Source: Acidobacteriota bacterium
GTDB taxonomy: Bacteria; Acidobacteriota; UBA890; WLXD01
Length of the DNA stretch: 64,000 nucleotides
Direction: 5' to 3'
Assembly (NCBI GenBank): GCA_965205505.1
Contig: CBDBHB010000009.1
Coordinates: 1,728,001 to 1,792,000 of the forward strand
The translations under genes were made by a program, and so were the position numbers. The notes under the pieces were generated by a model. The model was not told where the DNA came from. It worked only from the letters and a program-made list of their open reading frames with translations, and searched no databases. Positions 23,449 through 33,624 of the stretch are shown here, in pieces (position 1 is the first letter of the stretch; the number at the start of each line of letters is the position of its first letter).

Positions 23449-24852
23449 CTATTTGTCATCGAGGCTTCCCTCGGCGATCGCTGCTCGCCTGTGCCTGTAG
23501 ATGGTTGCTCGATGGAGACGGAGCTCGGAGGCCACAGCGCCCGGAGACAAACCATCGTTTAGCAACTCAATGACACGCTGCCGTGTCTGACCTTCGACGT
23601 CGGCGACGAGCCAGCTCATGAAGCCGTTCTCGTCGGTCGCGAGTTGCGCTTCGAATGAAGCTGCGTCGCCGCCGCTGAGCCCCCTGGCTTTCTCGAACCG
23701 AACCTCGAACCGGGCGCCATCCTCAGCCCGGTAGTCGCCCGGGCGCTGAAGCTTGACCACCACATCGAGAACATCCTCCCGGCGAGAGGTACCGCGCTGA
23801 GCACCGTTCTTGCCAGCGTGGTGCACGAGGAGGACGGCCACTCCTCGCCGCCTCAACCCCAGTAGAAGATCCTGAGCGGGTCCCCATGCTTCGGCCTCGT
23901 TCTCCGGACCGGCTCCGAACAACGTGGAAATATTGTCGAAGACTACGAGCTTGGCGTCCCCAAGGATCGCGTCGATGAGGCGCTCCCCCTCCGGGCTATC
24001 GAGCGCAGGCACCGGGATCTCCTGGGCGTCCGCGGCGAGGATTCGGAACGGGATTCTCGCGGTGTCGACGTCCGGAGCCAGCCCGGCGAGGAGATGACTC
24101 GTGCGCGTCTGTAAAGTTTCGATAGGCATCTCGCCATCGACGTAAAGCACAGGCGCCGGCTCAGCTGCCTTCCAGCCCATCACCGTTTGCCCGGTCGCAA
24201 CGCCGAGCGCAATGGAGAGCGCTACCCACGTCTTGCCGGTCCCGCGATTCGCGTACAGCAGGGCCAAGTCCTTCTCATAGAACCAAGGCGACAAGAGGGG
24301 CTGGCGAGGGGGTAGACGAAGTTCGAGATAGTCCGCGAGTTCATACACCCGGAACCGTTCCGCGGCACGGCCCGCACCGTTTGCGATCGCCGCGATGGCC
24401 TGCTGGGCTCCCAAGAGGACTACCTCAGGATCCGCGCCCGGGTCCATCGCCATGTTGCGGATAGTCTCTGCCTCGGCGATGGCGTCGCGCAGGATCGCTT
24501 TGTCCTTGATGCTGCGCGCGTACTGCTCGACGTTGGCCGCCGCCGGGATACCGTCGATGAGGCCGGAGATGTACGCCGCGCCGCCGGCGCGCTCGAGCAC
24601 GTCGCGTCGGGTCAGCTCCTCGCGCAGCGTCACCGTGTTGATAGTCTCCGAGCGCCTCGAGATCGCGCCCATTGCCTCATAGATCAGCCGATTGGCGTCG
24701 CCGAAGAAGTCGTCCGGAGTCAGGATCTGCGTGGCGGTGTTGAACGCCTGGTTGTCGAGCAACACCGCGCCGAGGATCGCCCGCTCGGCCTCGTCGAAGT
24801 GCGGCAGCGCGCGCTCCTCGTGCCGTGTCCGGACTTGACGCAGCCGCCCCAC
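23449..24852 (-). CDS. DnaB N-terminal domain fused to AAA_25/RepA-like helicase with C-terminal HTH
   Basis: LPHFDEAERAILGAVLLDN, Walker A ANRGTGKT, VLYVDGEM, VVFDNIS and LLVHHAGK; GTG start coupled to the upstream stop. Confidence 0.85.
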   Translation of the reverse strand: MGRLRQVRTRHEERALPHFDEAERAILGAVLLDNQAFNTATQILTPDDFFGDANRLIYEAMGAISRRSETINTVTLREELTRRDVLERAGGAAYISGLIDGIPAAANVEQYARSIKDKAILRDAIAEAETIRNMAMDPGADPEVVLLGAQQAIAAIANGAGRAAERFRVYELADYLELRLPPRQPLLSPWFYEKDLALLYANRGTGKTWVALSIALGVATGQTVMGWKAAEPAPVLYVDGEMPIETLQTRTSHLLAGLAPDVDTARIPFRILAADAQEIPVPALDSPEGERLIDAILGDAKLVVFDNISTLFGAGPENEAEAWGPAQDLLLGLRRRGVAVLLVHHAGKNGAQRGTSRREDVLDVVVKLQRPGDYRAEDGARFEVRFEKARGLSGGDAASFEAQLATDENGFMSWLVADVEGQTRQRVIELLNDGLSPGAVASELRLHRATIYRHRRAAIAEGSLDDK

Positions 24853-25103
24853 TACGCGACCTCGCCTCGGTCGCCGACACAGGCGGTACCGTTGAGCCCG
24901 TTGGGCTGTCGAATGTCCAGACCCCGGCCCGCTAGGGCCTCCAGGACCGCCTCCTGCATGCATCCGGCGTGACAGTGCAACAAGCACCTGCCCGTCGCGC
25001 TCAGGCTCGGGTTGCGGTCCTTGTGCGCCGGGCGGCGGCACATGCCGCCATGTCCGTTGGATCGGCGCTCGAGCGTGCGGACGATCTGCTCCAGGCTGGC
25101 CAC
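24852..25103 (-). CDS. Primase-type zinc-binding domain (possibly degenerate)
   Basis: CRRPAHKDRNPSLS...HCHAGC pattern typical of satellite primase N-termini. Confidence 0.65.
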   Translation of the reverse strand: MASLEQIVRTLERRSNGHGGMCRRPAHKDRNPSLSATGRCLLHCHAGCMQEAVLEALAGRGLDIRQPNGLNGTACVGDRGEVA

Positions 25104-25104
25104 G

Positions 25105-25329
25105 TCACGTTGACGGCTGGCGAGAGGCAGGCTGATCGCCCCCCGGCAGCGCGGTCGGACGGCTCGCTAACCACGCCTTGATGTCCGCCAGCCGCCAGGC
25201 TACGGCACGGCGGCCGATACGCACCGGACGGGGAAACTCCCCCGCATCCATCGCAGCATAGATCGCTGACCTGGAAAGTAGCGTGATCCGCTCGACTTCA
25301 GGACGCTTGATGAGGACTTGCTGCTCCAT
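25105..25329 (-). CDS. alpA: AlpA-family excisionase/regulator
   Basis: EVERITLLSRSAIY..MDAGEFPRPVRIGRRAVAW; GGAGG RBS. Confidence 0.92.
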   Translation of the reverse strand: MEQQVLIKRPEVERITLLSRSAIYAAMDAGEFPRPVRIGRRAVAWRLADIKAWLASRPTALPGGDQPASRQPST

Positions 25330-25440
25330 GAGGAACCTCCTTGGTTTTGCTGGTTCCTCCCACTGTGCAGGGGTACCTCTGGCCTGTCATGGGTGCGAGT
25401 TTCCGAAAACTCGCCCCCTCGGCCAGCGTGGCGCAACCGA

Positions 25441-26091
25441 CTACCGATTACCCCGCCATATGTCGCGCATGGTGCCGTACGTTTTCACAGCGTGGTCTCT
25501 TTCGGCGAGCACCTGGGCCACAATGTCGCAGGCGGAGGCACGCTCGGTAATTTCATTGCGCGTCTCAGGCATACCGCACTTCGTAAGCAGGTGGACCGCC
25601 CATCGGATTACGTCATTTCGCGCGGCCATCTTGGGGGCCGGCCCTCTGCTGCCCTTGCCGCCTTTCGGTCGCGGACACCGGCCGTGGATTACGTCGCCCA
25701 CCCAACGGTGCAGGGCTTTCCCGAGTGGACGTTCGCCTTCGGTGCGCACGAACGTCCACGCCAGCGCGTCCCAATCTACGGGGTTAGTACGTGATCCTTC
25801 GATAGTGGATTCGATATCCTCGCGCAGGGTCTTGTCTTTGCCCCGAAGAAACAACGCAGCGTACATCCATACGTTGTAGTTGTGGGCGATCGCTGGGTTT
25901 CTCCACGACGGGTCCAGGTCGAGCCACAAGCCCACAAGCGCACGCGCATCGTCGTTGGAAATGCGCTCTTTCTTATCAATGAATCGTGCCACGTGCTCGC
26001 GGTGTTGACGGTGAAACTCATCGTTCCGGGCTTTGTCTAGGACGGCACGCACAGGCAACACTGGTTGCCTCGCGCGCTCTTCTTCACCCAT
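25441..26091 (-). CDS. Hypothetical protein between int and alpA
   Basis: ~216-aa ORF at a position typical of satellite regulators; start uncertain. Confidence 0.55.
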   Translation of the reverse strand: MGEEERARQPVLPVRAVLDKARNDEFHRQHREHVARFIDKKERISNDDARALVGLWLDLDPSWRNPAIAHNYNVWMYAALFLRGKDKTLREDIESTIEGSRTNPVDWDALAWTFVRTEGERPLGKALHRWVGDVIHGRCPRPKGGKGSRGPAPKMAARNDVIRWAVHLLTKCGMPETRNEITERASACDIVAQVLAERDHAVKTYGTMRDIWRGNR

Positions 26092-26395
26092 GAGCAAGCA
26101 CCGGCACGATGGTCTGGATCGGGGCGGGCAACCTGGAGTGCGGCCCGAGCCCACTGATCAATGCGTACAGCAGCATCAGGCCCAGGATGACGGCCGGGAT
26201 CAGCCTCAGCACGCGGCCCGAAAGGTTGATCATGGGCGGGCGGAGATCGCCCATCCGCACGTTGCCGAGCTCACCTCTGTCCATATCATCTCTCCGTAGG
26301 CACGGGGGCGGTGGGGTAGACACGTCTTCAGGGTAGCGTGCGTGGCCGTGTGCCAACCCACTTCAGCAGGCAGGGAACCGACCCGGTACTGCTCC

Positions 26396-27649
26396 CTAGA
26401 CAGGGCGCAGCATCGGCACCACCTTGCCGCCCTCAGCACTCAGGTAAGCGGCCCAGTCTTCCATCAGCTGCCGGCGCCGCTCCAGCAGGTCGGAGCGCGC
26501 ATAGGCCGCCTCGGTCGGGTCGCGCACCGCATGTGCCAGCGCCGCCTCCATGACCGCCCGCGGTGCGTTGGTGCACTCCGCCGCCCAGTCCCGGAACGAT
26601 GAGCGAAACCCGTGCGGCACCGCTTCAATGCCCAGCTGCCGCAGCACCCGGGAAAGGGTCGCGTCCGCCAGCGGCCTGCCGGCCCGTGCACCGGGAAACA
26701 CCAGCCCCTCGCCATCCCTGAGCCCCCGCGCCTGGCGCAGGATCTCCATTGCCCGGCCCGATAGCGGCACCCGGTGGGCCCGGTTCGATTTCATGCGCTC
26801 GGGTGCAAGAGTCCACTCCCTCGCCTCCAGGTCCATCTCCTGCCAGGTAGCCAACCGCACCTCGCCGGAGCGGGCCGCCGTCAACACCAGAAACTCCAGG
26901 GCCAGCTTCACCACCCCGGAGGCATCCGAAGCCCGTACCGCCTCGATCGCACCGTCCACCTCGGCATGCGGCAACGCCCGCATATGCTGTCGCCGCTTGC
27001 GGTGCCGTGGCAGCGCCTGGGTGATCGCCTCACCAGCCGGGTTGTCGCCACGGTACCCCTGCGCCATGGCCCACTTCATCACCGCACCGATGCGCGCCCG
27101 CACCCGCCGTGCGGTCTCGGCCTTGTCATGCCAGATCGGACCCAGTACCTCCAACACCTCGGCCGTCGTCACCTCCGACACCGGCATCTCACCGATGCGC
27201 CCGTACGCATAGGTGCGCAACTCCGTTTTCCATTGCGCCGCATACTTGGCGTTGCGCCACCCGGGGCGGTGCATCTCATACACCTTGGCCGCTGCTTGCG
27301 CGAACGTCGGCATGCCCTCGGCCCGGCGCTTGTCTGTCAGCGGGTCACCGCCGGCACGGGCCAGCTTGCGGTTGGCAAATGCCACCTCGCGCGCCTCCGA
27401 CAGCGACACCAAGGGGTAGCCTCCGAGACCCAGTTCCCGGCGACGGCCCTGGATCACGATCCGCTGTACCCAGCTGCGCGCTCCGCTCGGGATCACGTTC
27501 AGGTACAGGCCGTGTCCATCGCAGTACCGGCCCGGCTTCATTACCGTGCGTACGAACGCCGCCGACAGGGCCCGCTCCGGGTGCTTGCCGCTCTTGCGCC
27601 GAGGGCTGGGTTTCGGTGCAGTTGCTTGCGCATCGGCGATATTCTGCAT
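26396..27649 (-). CDS. Tyrosine integrase, P4/IntA type
   Basis: Arm-binding DGHGLYL...GLGGYPLVSLSEARE; catalytic ARSGE, MKSNRAH, HGFRSSFRDW, LAH and AY. Confidence 0.95.
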   Translation of the reverse strand: MQNIADAQATAPKPSPRRKSGKHPERALSAAFVRTVMKPGRYCDGHGLYLNVIPSGARSWVQRIVIQGRRRELGLGGYPLVSLSEAREVAFANRKLARAGGDPLTDKRRAEGMPTFAQAAAKVYEMHRPGWRNAKYAAQWKTELRTYAYGRIGEMPVSEVTTAEVLEVLGPIWHDKAETARRVRARIGAVMKWAMAQGYRGDNPAGEAITQALPRHRKRRQHMRALPHAEVDGAIEAVRASDASGVVKLALEFLVLTAARSGEVRLATWQEMDLEAREWTLAPERMKSNRAHRVPLSGRAMEILRQARGLRDGEGLVFPGARAGRPLADATLSRVLRQLGIEAVPHGFRSSFRDWAAECTNAPRAVMEAALAHAVRDPTEAAYARSDLLERRRQLMEDWAAYLSAEGGKVVPMLRPV

Positions 27650-27798
27650 CCCCCTCTTATTCCGCCATTAAAGGCGGGAATGTAGCGGATTGTCCGGGAA
27701 CACGCAAGATGGACGAATACTCGTAACTGTCTGACTCTACTGATGCTTAGGGACTAATAGGTCAACTTAGGAATGCACCGGATCTGAACGATGGCAGA

Positions 27799-28125
27799 GA
27801 TGCCGAGCGCCAATGTGAGCACCGCCGTGGCGGTGAATCCCCAGCTCTTGCCGAGCGTCCTAAGTGCGTAGCGGATGTCTTGTATCAGCATGTCGAAGTG
27901 GTTCCCCTTGCGCTCGTCGCGGCACTCTTCCTTGAAGCGCTGCGTGGCGCCGAAGCTCATGCGAGCCTTCCGCTGGGCTTCCTCGTGGCCCAGGCCCTGG
28001 TGTCGGTACTTGTCGGTTTCCATCTCGAGGTGGAACGACAGCTCGTCGTCGAGCTCTCGATCGTCCGCCCGTCGCCCGTCGCCGCGCAATCGCTCCAGCA
28101 AGTCTCCCCAAGCTCTCTTGCCCAT
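27799..28125 (-). pseudogene. ADOP-family permease, 5' part (interrupted by the island)
   Basis: [12 protein letters not shown] permease prefix; [26 protein letters not shown] then breaks at the att core. Confidence 0.92.
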
Positions 28126-28134
28126 CCGTAGCCT

Positions 28135-28467
28135 CTAGACCGTTTGCAGGATCGCGCTCACCGCTCGCGAGAGCCGATCCCAGTTGCGTGCTTCATCCGC
28201 CAGCTGCTCTTTTCCCATGGTGGTCAGTCGGTAGTACTTGGCGCGTCGGTTGTTCTCCGAGGTGCCCCACTCCGCGCCGATGTAGCCGTGCCGTTGCAGT
28301 CGATGGAGGGCCGGATAGAGCGAGCCTTGGTTGACTTGCAGAACGTCCCTGGACATCTGCTGGATACGCTGCGAGACGCCCCAACCATGCTGCGGGGCAA
28401 GTTGCAGGGTTTTGAGGATGAGCATGTCCAGGGTGCCCTGGAGCAGGTCGACGTTGGCCTTGGTCAT
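28135..28467 (-). CDS. PadR-family regulator (acidobacterial type)
   Basis: LLQGTLDMLILK, QGSLYPALHRL and SENNRRAKYYRLT. Confidence 0.93.
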   Translation of the reverse strand: MTKANVDLLQGTLDMLILKTLQLAPQHGWGVSQRIQQMSRDVLQVNQGSLYPALHRLQRHGYIGAEWGTSENNRRAKYYRLTTMGKEQLADEARNWDRLSRAVSAILQTV

Positions 28468-28545
28468 TGGCTCTTCTCGCGTAGTTCGTCTACGGGAAAT
28501 CGATGGTCATCGTGTCCAGCACCTTGACGCTCATGCGCGCCCGTT

Positions 28546-28596
28546 CCTCTAGACACTCGACAAGAGTGACCCGGGCTCTTGTCGCGTGTCAAGGGG
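28546..28596. promoter_or_regulatory. Inverted pair of 21-bp sites, probable PadR operators with a -35 box
   Basis: CCTCTAGACACTCGACAAGAG and the reverse complement of CTCTTGTCGCGTGTCAAGGGG are near-identical; the latter contains TTGACA on the minus strand. Confidence 0.55.
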
Positions 28597-28742
28597 AGTC
28601 GAGGATTTTGCTGCCGGAAGCGGTTATCGGCGCCCTCATCGCCGCCAGCATCGACTCCCACGAGGCAACTGCAATGCGTTCGTGCGCCCATCCTGGACAG
28701 TACGGTGGCAGCTACGCTCGATCCCCAGCGCTGCTGCATAGC

Positions 28743-28811
28743 TTGACAAAGTGGGGCTGTCGCTCATATGGTCTGCTGAGCCGACTAAATAGACTGAGCC
28801 GACCAAATAGA
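28743..28811 (+). promoter_or_regulatory. Sigma70-like promoter followed by an 18-bp tandem repeat (probable operators)
   Basis: TTGACA-N18-TATGGT; CTGAGCCGACYAAATAGA x2 at 28776-28811 before the padR start. Confidence 0.55.
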
Positions 28812-28830
28812 CGATGAGATAACACAAACC

Positions 28831-29157
28831 ATGCCTACTGCGTTGGGTGAGCTTGAGACCCTCGTGCTGCTGGCCACGCTGCGGCTGGGGGAGGGCGCGT
28901 ATGGGGTCTCGATCCGCGACGAGATTCGGGATCGGACCGGGCGGGCGCTGAGCCGGGGAGCCATCTATAGCACCATCACGAGGCTCCAACGCCGCGACTG
29001 TCTGACCTCCGCGATGGGAGAGCCGACGCCGGTCCGCGGCGGCCGCGCCAAGCGATATTTCTCCGTCACGGATTCCGGGTTAGGCGCGATTCGAGCTTCC
29101 ACCCGCGCCGTCGATCAGATGCGGGACGGTCTCGATACCGTGCTGACAGGAGGCTGA
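28831..29157 (+). CDS. PadR-family regulator
   Basis: LGELETLVLLA, AYGVSIRDEI and PTPVRGGRAKRYF. Confidence 0.9.
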   Translation: MPTALGELETLVLLATLRLGEGAYGVSIRDEIRDRTGRALSRGAIYSTITRLQRRDCLTSAMGEPTPVRGGRAKRYFSVTDSGLGAIRASTRAVDQMRDGLDTVLTGG

Positions 29158-31910
29158 GTGATGTCGGTCCGCTGGTTGATGCGTGCGCTTGTCCTGGTCG
29201 CCTCGCCGGCCATCGACCGCGACATGGTGGTCGGCGACCTCGACGAGGAATGGGAGGAGCGCATCCGGCCCAGCTTGGGCAGAGTCGCTGCCGAGCTCTG
29301 GTATGCCCGCGAGAGCCTGTCGCTAGTGTTCGGCTTGTTGCGTGATCGATTGCGGGCGCGCTGGGAGCGCGAGCCGCAGCCGCGCGGTAGCGCCCGGCCC
29401 GAAGGCTTACGCCCAGCCTCGATGCGCGCCCGGCACCGATTGAACGGAGCACCCGTACACGAGCGAGGTTGGAGGAACGGATGGGCGACGGATTTCCGCC
29501 ATACCGTGCAAGGACTCGCCCGGCAGCCAGGGTTCACTATCACCGCGCTGCTGACCCTGGGGCTCGGCGTTGGCGCCACAGTGGTGATGTTTACCCTGGT
29601 GCACGCCGCCTATCTGCTGACGCTGCCGTATCCGGACGCCGATCGCTTGGTCAAGGTATTCACCGGCTACGAGAATAGCCTCGAGGGGAGGAACCCGATC
29701 TCACCGCTCACCTGGCAGGACGCCGAGAATCGGCGCGATCTCGTCGACGCCACCGAGGTTTGGGAGCGGCGCAGCTATCACCTGCGTGACGACAGCGGCA
29801 CGGTGCGCCGGGTGGAAGGAGCCCGGGTCTCGGCTGGACTGTTTGGGCTTATGGGAGCGACGCCTGCCGTGGGGCGGCTCTTTCTACAGGCCGAAGCCAC
29901 ACCGGGCGCCGACGGCGCGGTGATTCTCTCTCATGTCATGTGGACCCAGTCGTTCGGGGGCGATTCCGCGGTGCTCGGTACAACCCTGGTGCTCGACGGT
30001 GGCGGCTACGAGGTGGTCGGCGTCCTCGAACCGGGATTCGAGTTCATCCGCGGTGCTGAGCTGTGGATACCGTTGGCTCTGGGCTCGGAGTGGTATGAGC
30101 CGGGGCGACGCGGTTGGGAGTTCCTGGAGACGGTCGCCCGGCTCGACGAAGGGGTCACACCCGCTATCGCCGCTGCCGGCCTCACCGATCAACTGGTGCA
30201 AGAGGCGCCGGATCGAGTTGCCAACGTCGGGCAACGGGTGAACGTCATCCCGTTGCGAGAGCATCTGGTCGGCGATACTGGCGCGGTGCTCCTGGTCTTG
30301 TTGGCGGCGGTCACCCTGGTGCTGCTGATCGGCTGCGCGAACGTCATGAACCTGCTGCTGGCGCGCGCCGAGTCCCGCCGTCACGAGTTCGCGCTGCGGC
30401 GGGCGCTGGGCTCCGGGGCCCGGCGACTGGGCCGCCTCGTGGTGCTCGAGACATTCTTGCTGACCGCTGCCGCTGGCGCCCTCGGGGTTGTTGGCGCGGT
30501 GGCGGTGACCCGGGCCATCGCCGCGTCACCGCCGGCCAACGTCGCCGCCCTCAGGGAGCTTGCCGTAGGCTGGCCGGTGGTGCTGTTTGCCGTGGCCGTG
30601 AGTGCGGGCACCGCTCTGTTGTTTGGCATGGCCCCAGTCGCCAGCGCGCTGACCTCAGCGCCGAGCGAGGTGCTGCGGGAAAGTACCGGCCGGGCAGGGG
30701 GGAGCGCGTACGGCGCTCGCATCCGTTCCGGGCTGGTGGTGATGGAGGTGGCGCTGGCGGTGGTGCTGGTGTTCGGAGTCGGCGTTACCGCAGAGAGCTT
30801 CCGTCGCCTGACCACGATGGTGACCGGCTTCGAGGCCGACGGCAAGCTGGCGGTGAAACTGGAAACCCCGGTCGAGGGTTACGGGGGGGGGGTGGAGCGG
30901 GGGGGTGGAGCGCGGCGAGGTGTATCGCCGCATCTTCGATCGCGTGCGTGCTTTGCCCAGCGTTTCACAGGCGGCGTTGACCTACGCATTGCCGCTAACG
31001 GGTGTCGTCTGGTCGGCGTCGTTTGATCTCGTCGAGCCCGACCCGTCGGTTGCCGACGCCGCCCTGGGCGGCAACATGCGCCCAGTTTCCCCCGGCTACT
31101 TCCGCACCATGGGGATTCGGCTGCTCAGTGGTCGGGTGCTCAATGCCACCGACGAGCCCGGAGCCCCGCCGGTGGTGGTCGTCGACGAGGCCGTCGCCCG
31201 CCGAGCCTGGCCCGGTCGGTCGCCGTTGGGTGAACGCATCGAGCTCGAGGTGTTTCTCGGCGACATGCAGGAGGCCACGGTGGTCGGGGTGGTGGGCAAC
31301 GTGCGCGACCGCGATCTCGCCACGCCGGGTGCAGGCCACGTCTATTTCTCAGCCTGGCAGAGTCCCCAGCGGGAGATGATCTTGGTCGCGGCCAGCACCG
31401 GTGACCTGTTGTCGCTGGCGCCGCAGATCGGTGCGGTCGTCGCCGAGGTGGACGCGCGCATCCCCGTTTACGATGTGCGGCCGCTCTCGTCGTTGGTCGA
31501 TGCGACGCTCGCATCGCCGCGCTTGGGGTTGTTGCTCATGAGCACTTTCGGTTCCGTGGCGCTGCTGCTCGCCGCGGTCGGGGTCTACGGCGTTGTCTCC
31601 TACACAGTGGCGCTCAGGACGCGAGAGATCAGCACGCGCATCGCCCTCGGGGCCACCCCCGGGAAGGTGTTGGCGATGGTGCTGCGCCGGGTCACTCTGC
31701 TCTGGCTAGCCGGCGGCGTCGCCGGATCGATCGTTGCCCTCGCCGCTGCATCGATCGCCGAAGGGTTTGCTCTTCGAGATGGATCGCGGCAATCCGATGA
31801 TTCTTGTCGCCGCCGTCCTTGGCCTGGGGCTCGTAGCCGTGGCGTCGACGATCGCCCCGGCGCGCCGCGCCGCTCGGCTGGACGGCATCGAGGTTCTGCG
31901 CCGCGGATAG
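29158..31910 (+). pseudogene. ADOP-family permease with frameshifts near 30890 and 31775
   Basis: LTLGLGVGAT, LLIGCANVMNLLLAR and RTREISTRIALGA across frames; the first break is in a poly-G duplication. Confidence 0.8.
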
Positions 31911-32016
31911 CTGCACGCTGAGCCTCGCAGAGGTCACGCCAAGTCGTCGGGCCAACCCTGCGGGCCACGGGTGCTCGTCATTCGCCAAACGGCGGGCGAG
32001 CCTGGTACCCGGTTTC

Positions 32017-33444
32017 TTACCGGTCGACCTGACGGAGCCAGCGGGCGGCCAGAGAGCCCTGGCGGATGCCGGTAGCCGCGGTCTTGGTGAACGAAACTCC
32101 CTCCAGCGCGTCGCCGGCGAGGAAGAGCGCCGGGAGCGAGCCCAAGGCTCGCTCGACACCCTCTTTGATCGCCAGGTGACCGATCTCGTATTGCGGGATC
32201 GCATGGGGCCACTGGAAGACGCGGCTGAAGACGGGTGCAGCATCGATGCCGAGGGTCGAGCGGAGCTCCGATCGCGCCAGTGTCACTAACTCCTCCTCGT
32301 GCAACTCGCCGATCGCCGGATCGAGGCGTCCGCCGAACATTGCCCTCACCAAGAAGCCTGTCTCGGGGCTACGACCAGGATAGATATGCGATTCCCAGAG
32401 GCAGCCCAGCATGCGAATACCCTCGCCCCTCGCCACCAGCACACCGAAACCGGGCGGCAAACGACTCACCGCGGCCAGGTCGAAGCCAAGGCCGACGACG
32501 GCGACTGGAGGCACCGGAACGCCTGCGAGCAGGCGTGAAGCCTCCGGCGCCAGATCGGTGAGCAGCCGGGCGGTGACCTGGATCGGGGTGGCCACGATCA
32601 CCGCGTCGGCGTCCAGTGCCTCGCCGTGGCGTGTCTGCACTACGTAGCCGCCGCGGCCATCGCGCGACTCGCTCACGCCGGCCGGCTTCCGTTGCAGGCC
32701 GCTTACCTGGGTCCCAGTGCGGATTTCGATGCGGGGATCCGCGGCGAGCGCCCGAGGCAGCTGCTGTAGGCCGCGGCGGAAGGAGCTCAGCTTGCGACTG
32801 GGCACATCCGTCCTTTCGGACGTCTTGCTCTCCCCATGGCGGCGGAGGCGACGGGCGATGCCACCCCGGATGACCGAGCCGTGCTCGTTCTCGAGGCGGC
32901 GCAGCTCCGGAAAGCAGGCGTCGAGCGAGAGTCGGCGGGCGTCACCGGCGAAGATCCCGAGCATGGCCGTGTGCACGACACGCTCGGCGATCTGGCGCCC
33001 GAAGCGGCGGCTGCAGAAATCGAACACGCTTTCCTGGCTGGCGCCATCCGCTCTGCGGATGAACGGTTCGCAGAGCGCGCGCAGTACCCCGCTGGGGCTT
33101 AGCAAGCCGCTACGCAACGGCTTGAAAAGGTTGGGACCGATCTCGTGCAGACGTCCGCCGCGGTAGATGAAGCGTCGCGCGGCAGCCTCGCGCGCCCTGA
33201 CCTGTTGCTGACCGATGCCGGCCGCGCGCACCAGCGCGACGACCGCGGGGTCGGTGTCCAGGTAGCCGCCCGGCCCCGCCTCGACGAGCCAATCGTCTTG
33301 CTCGAGCGATAGCGTGCGGCCGCCCACGACATCCTGTTTCTCGAGCACGGTGACCGCGAGGCCAGGGGCTTCCCTGGCTGCAGCAAAGGCGGCGGCAAGA
33401 CCTGAGATGCCTCCGCCGATCACCACCAAGCGCGGTGGCATCAC
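32017..33444 (-). CDS. hemG: Protoporphyrinogen/coproporphyrinogen oxidase (HemY type)
   Basis: IGGGISGL, VEAGP, GIFAGD, GFGVLV and AIPQYEIGH. Confidence 0.9.
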   Translation of the reverse strand: MMPPRLVVIGGGISGLAAAFAAAREAPGLAVTVLEKQDVVGGRTLSLEQDDWLVEAGPGGYLDTDPAVVALVRAAGIGQQQVRAREAAARRFIYRGGRLHEIGPNLFKPLRSGLLSPSGVLRALCEPFIRRADGASQESVFDFCSRRFGRQIAERVVHTAMLGIFAGDARRLSLDACFPELRRLENEHGSVIRGGIARRLRRHGESKTSERTDVPSRKLSSFRRGLQQLPRALAADPRIEIRTGTQVSGLQRKPAGVSESRDGRGGYVVQTRHGEALDADAVIVATPIQVTARLLTDLAPEASRLLAGVPVPPVAVVGLGFDLAAVSRLPPGFGVLVARGEGIRMLGCLWESHIYPGRSPETGFLVRAMFGGRLDPAIGELHEEELVTLARSELRSTLGIDAAPVFSRVFQWPHAIPQYEIGHLAIKEGVERALGSLPALFLAGDALEGVSFTKTAATGIRQGSLAARWLRQVDR

Positions 33445-33624
33445 ACCGTCCGGCTGGAAACCGGCGCCTCCTGCTGTGCAAACTTCTGGCGCCAGTAGCG
33501 GGCAGGCTCAATGAGGGTCTTCGTAGGCGTTGTGAGCATGTCGTTCGACAGTACCTTCTTGCGTTCACCGAGCGGGTACAATATAACCATTGTGGTTACA
33601 ACCGATTCGGTTAGATAGATAGAG

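Larger units (their letters stand above)
15834..27805. mobile_element. ~12-kb integrative element (P4-type integrase, phage-satellite/PICI-like)
   Basis: 7-bp direct repeat GATGCCG at 15834-15840 and 27799-27805; removing the insert restores an in-frame permease gene; contains int, alpA, primase/helicase and iterons. Confidence 0.9.

Noticed and set aside
26084-26290. Short membrane ORF resembling an HflK/SPFH N-terminus
   Set aside because: Too short and too weak to call; possibly a captured fragment.
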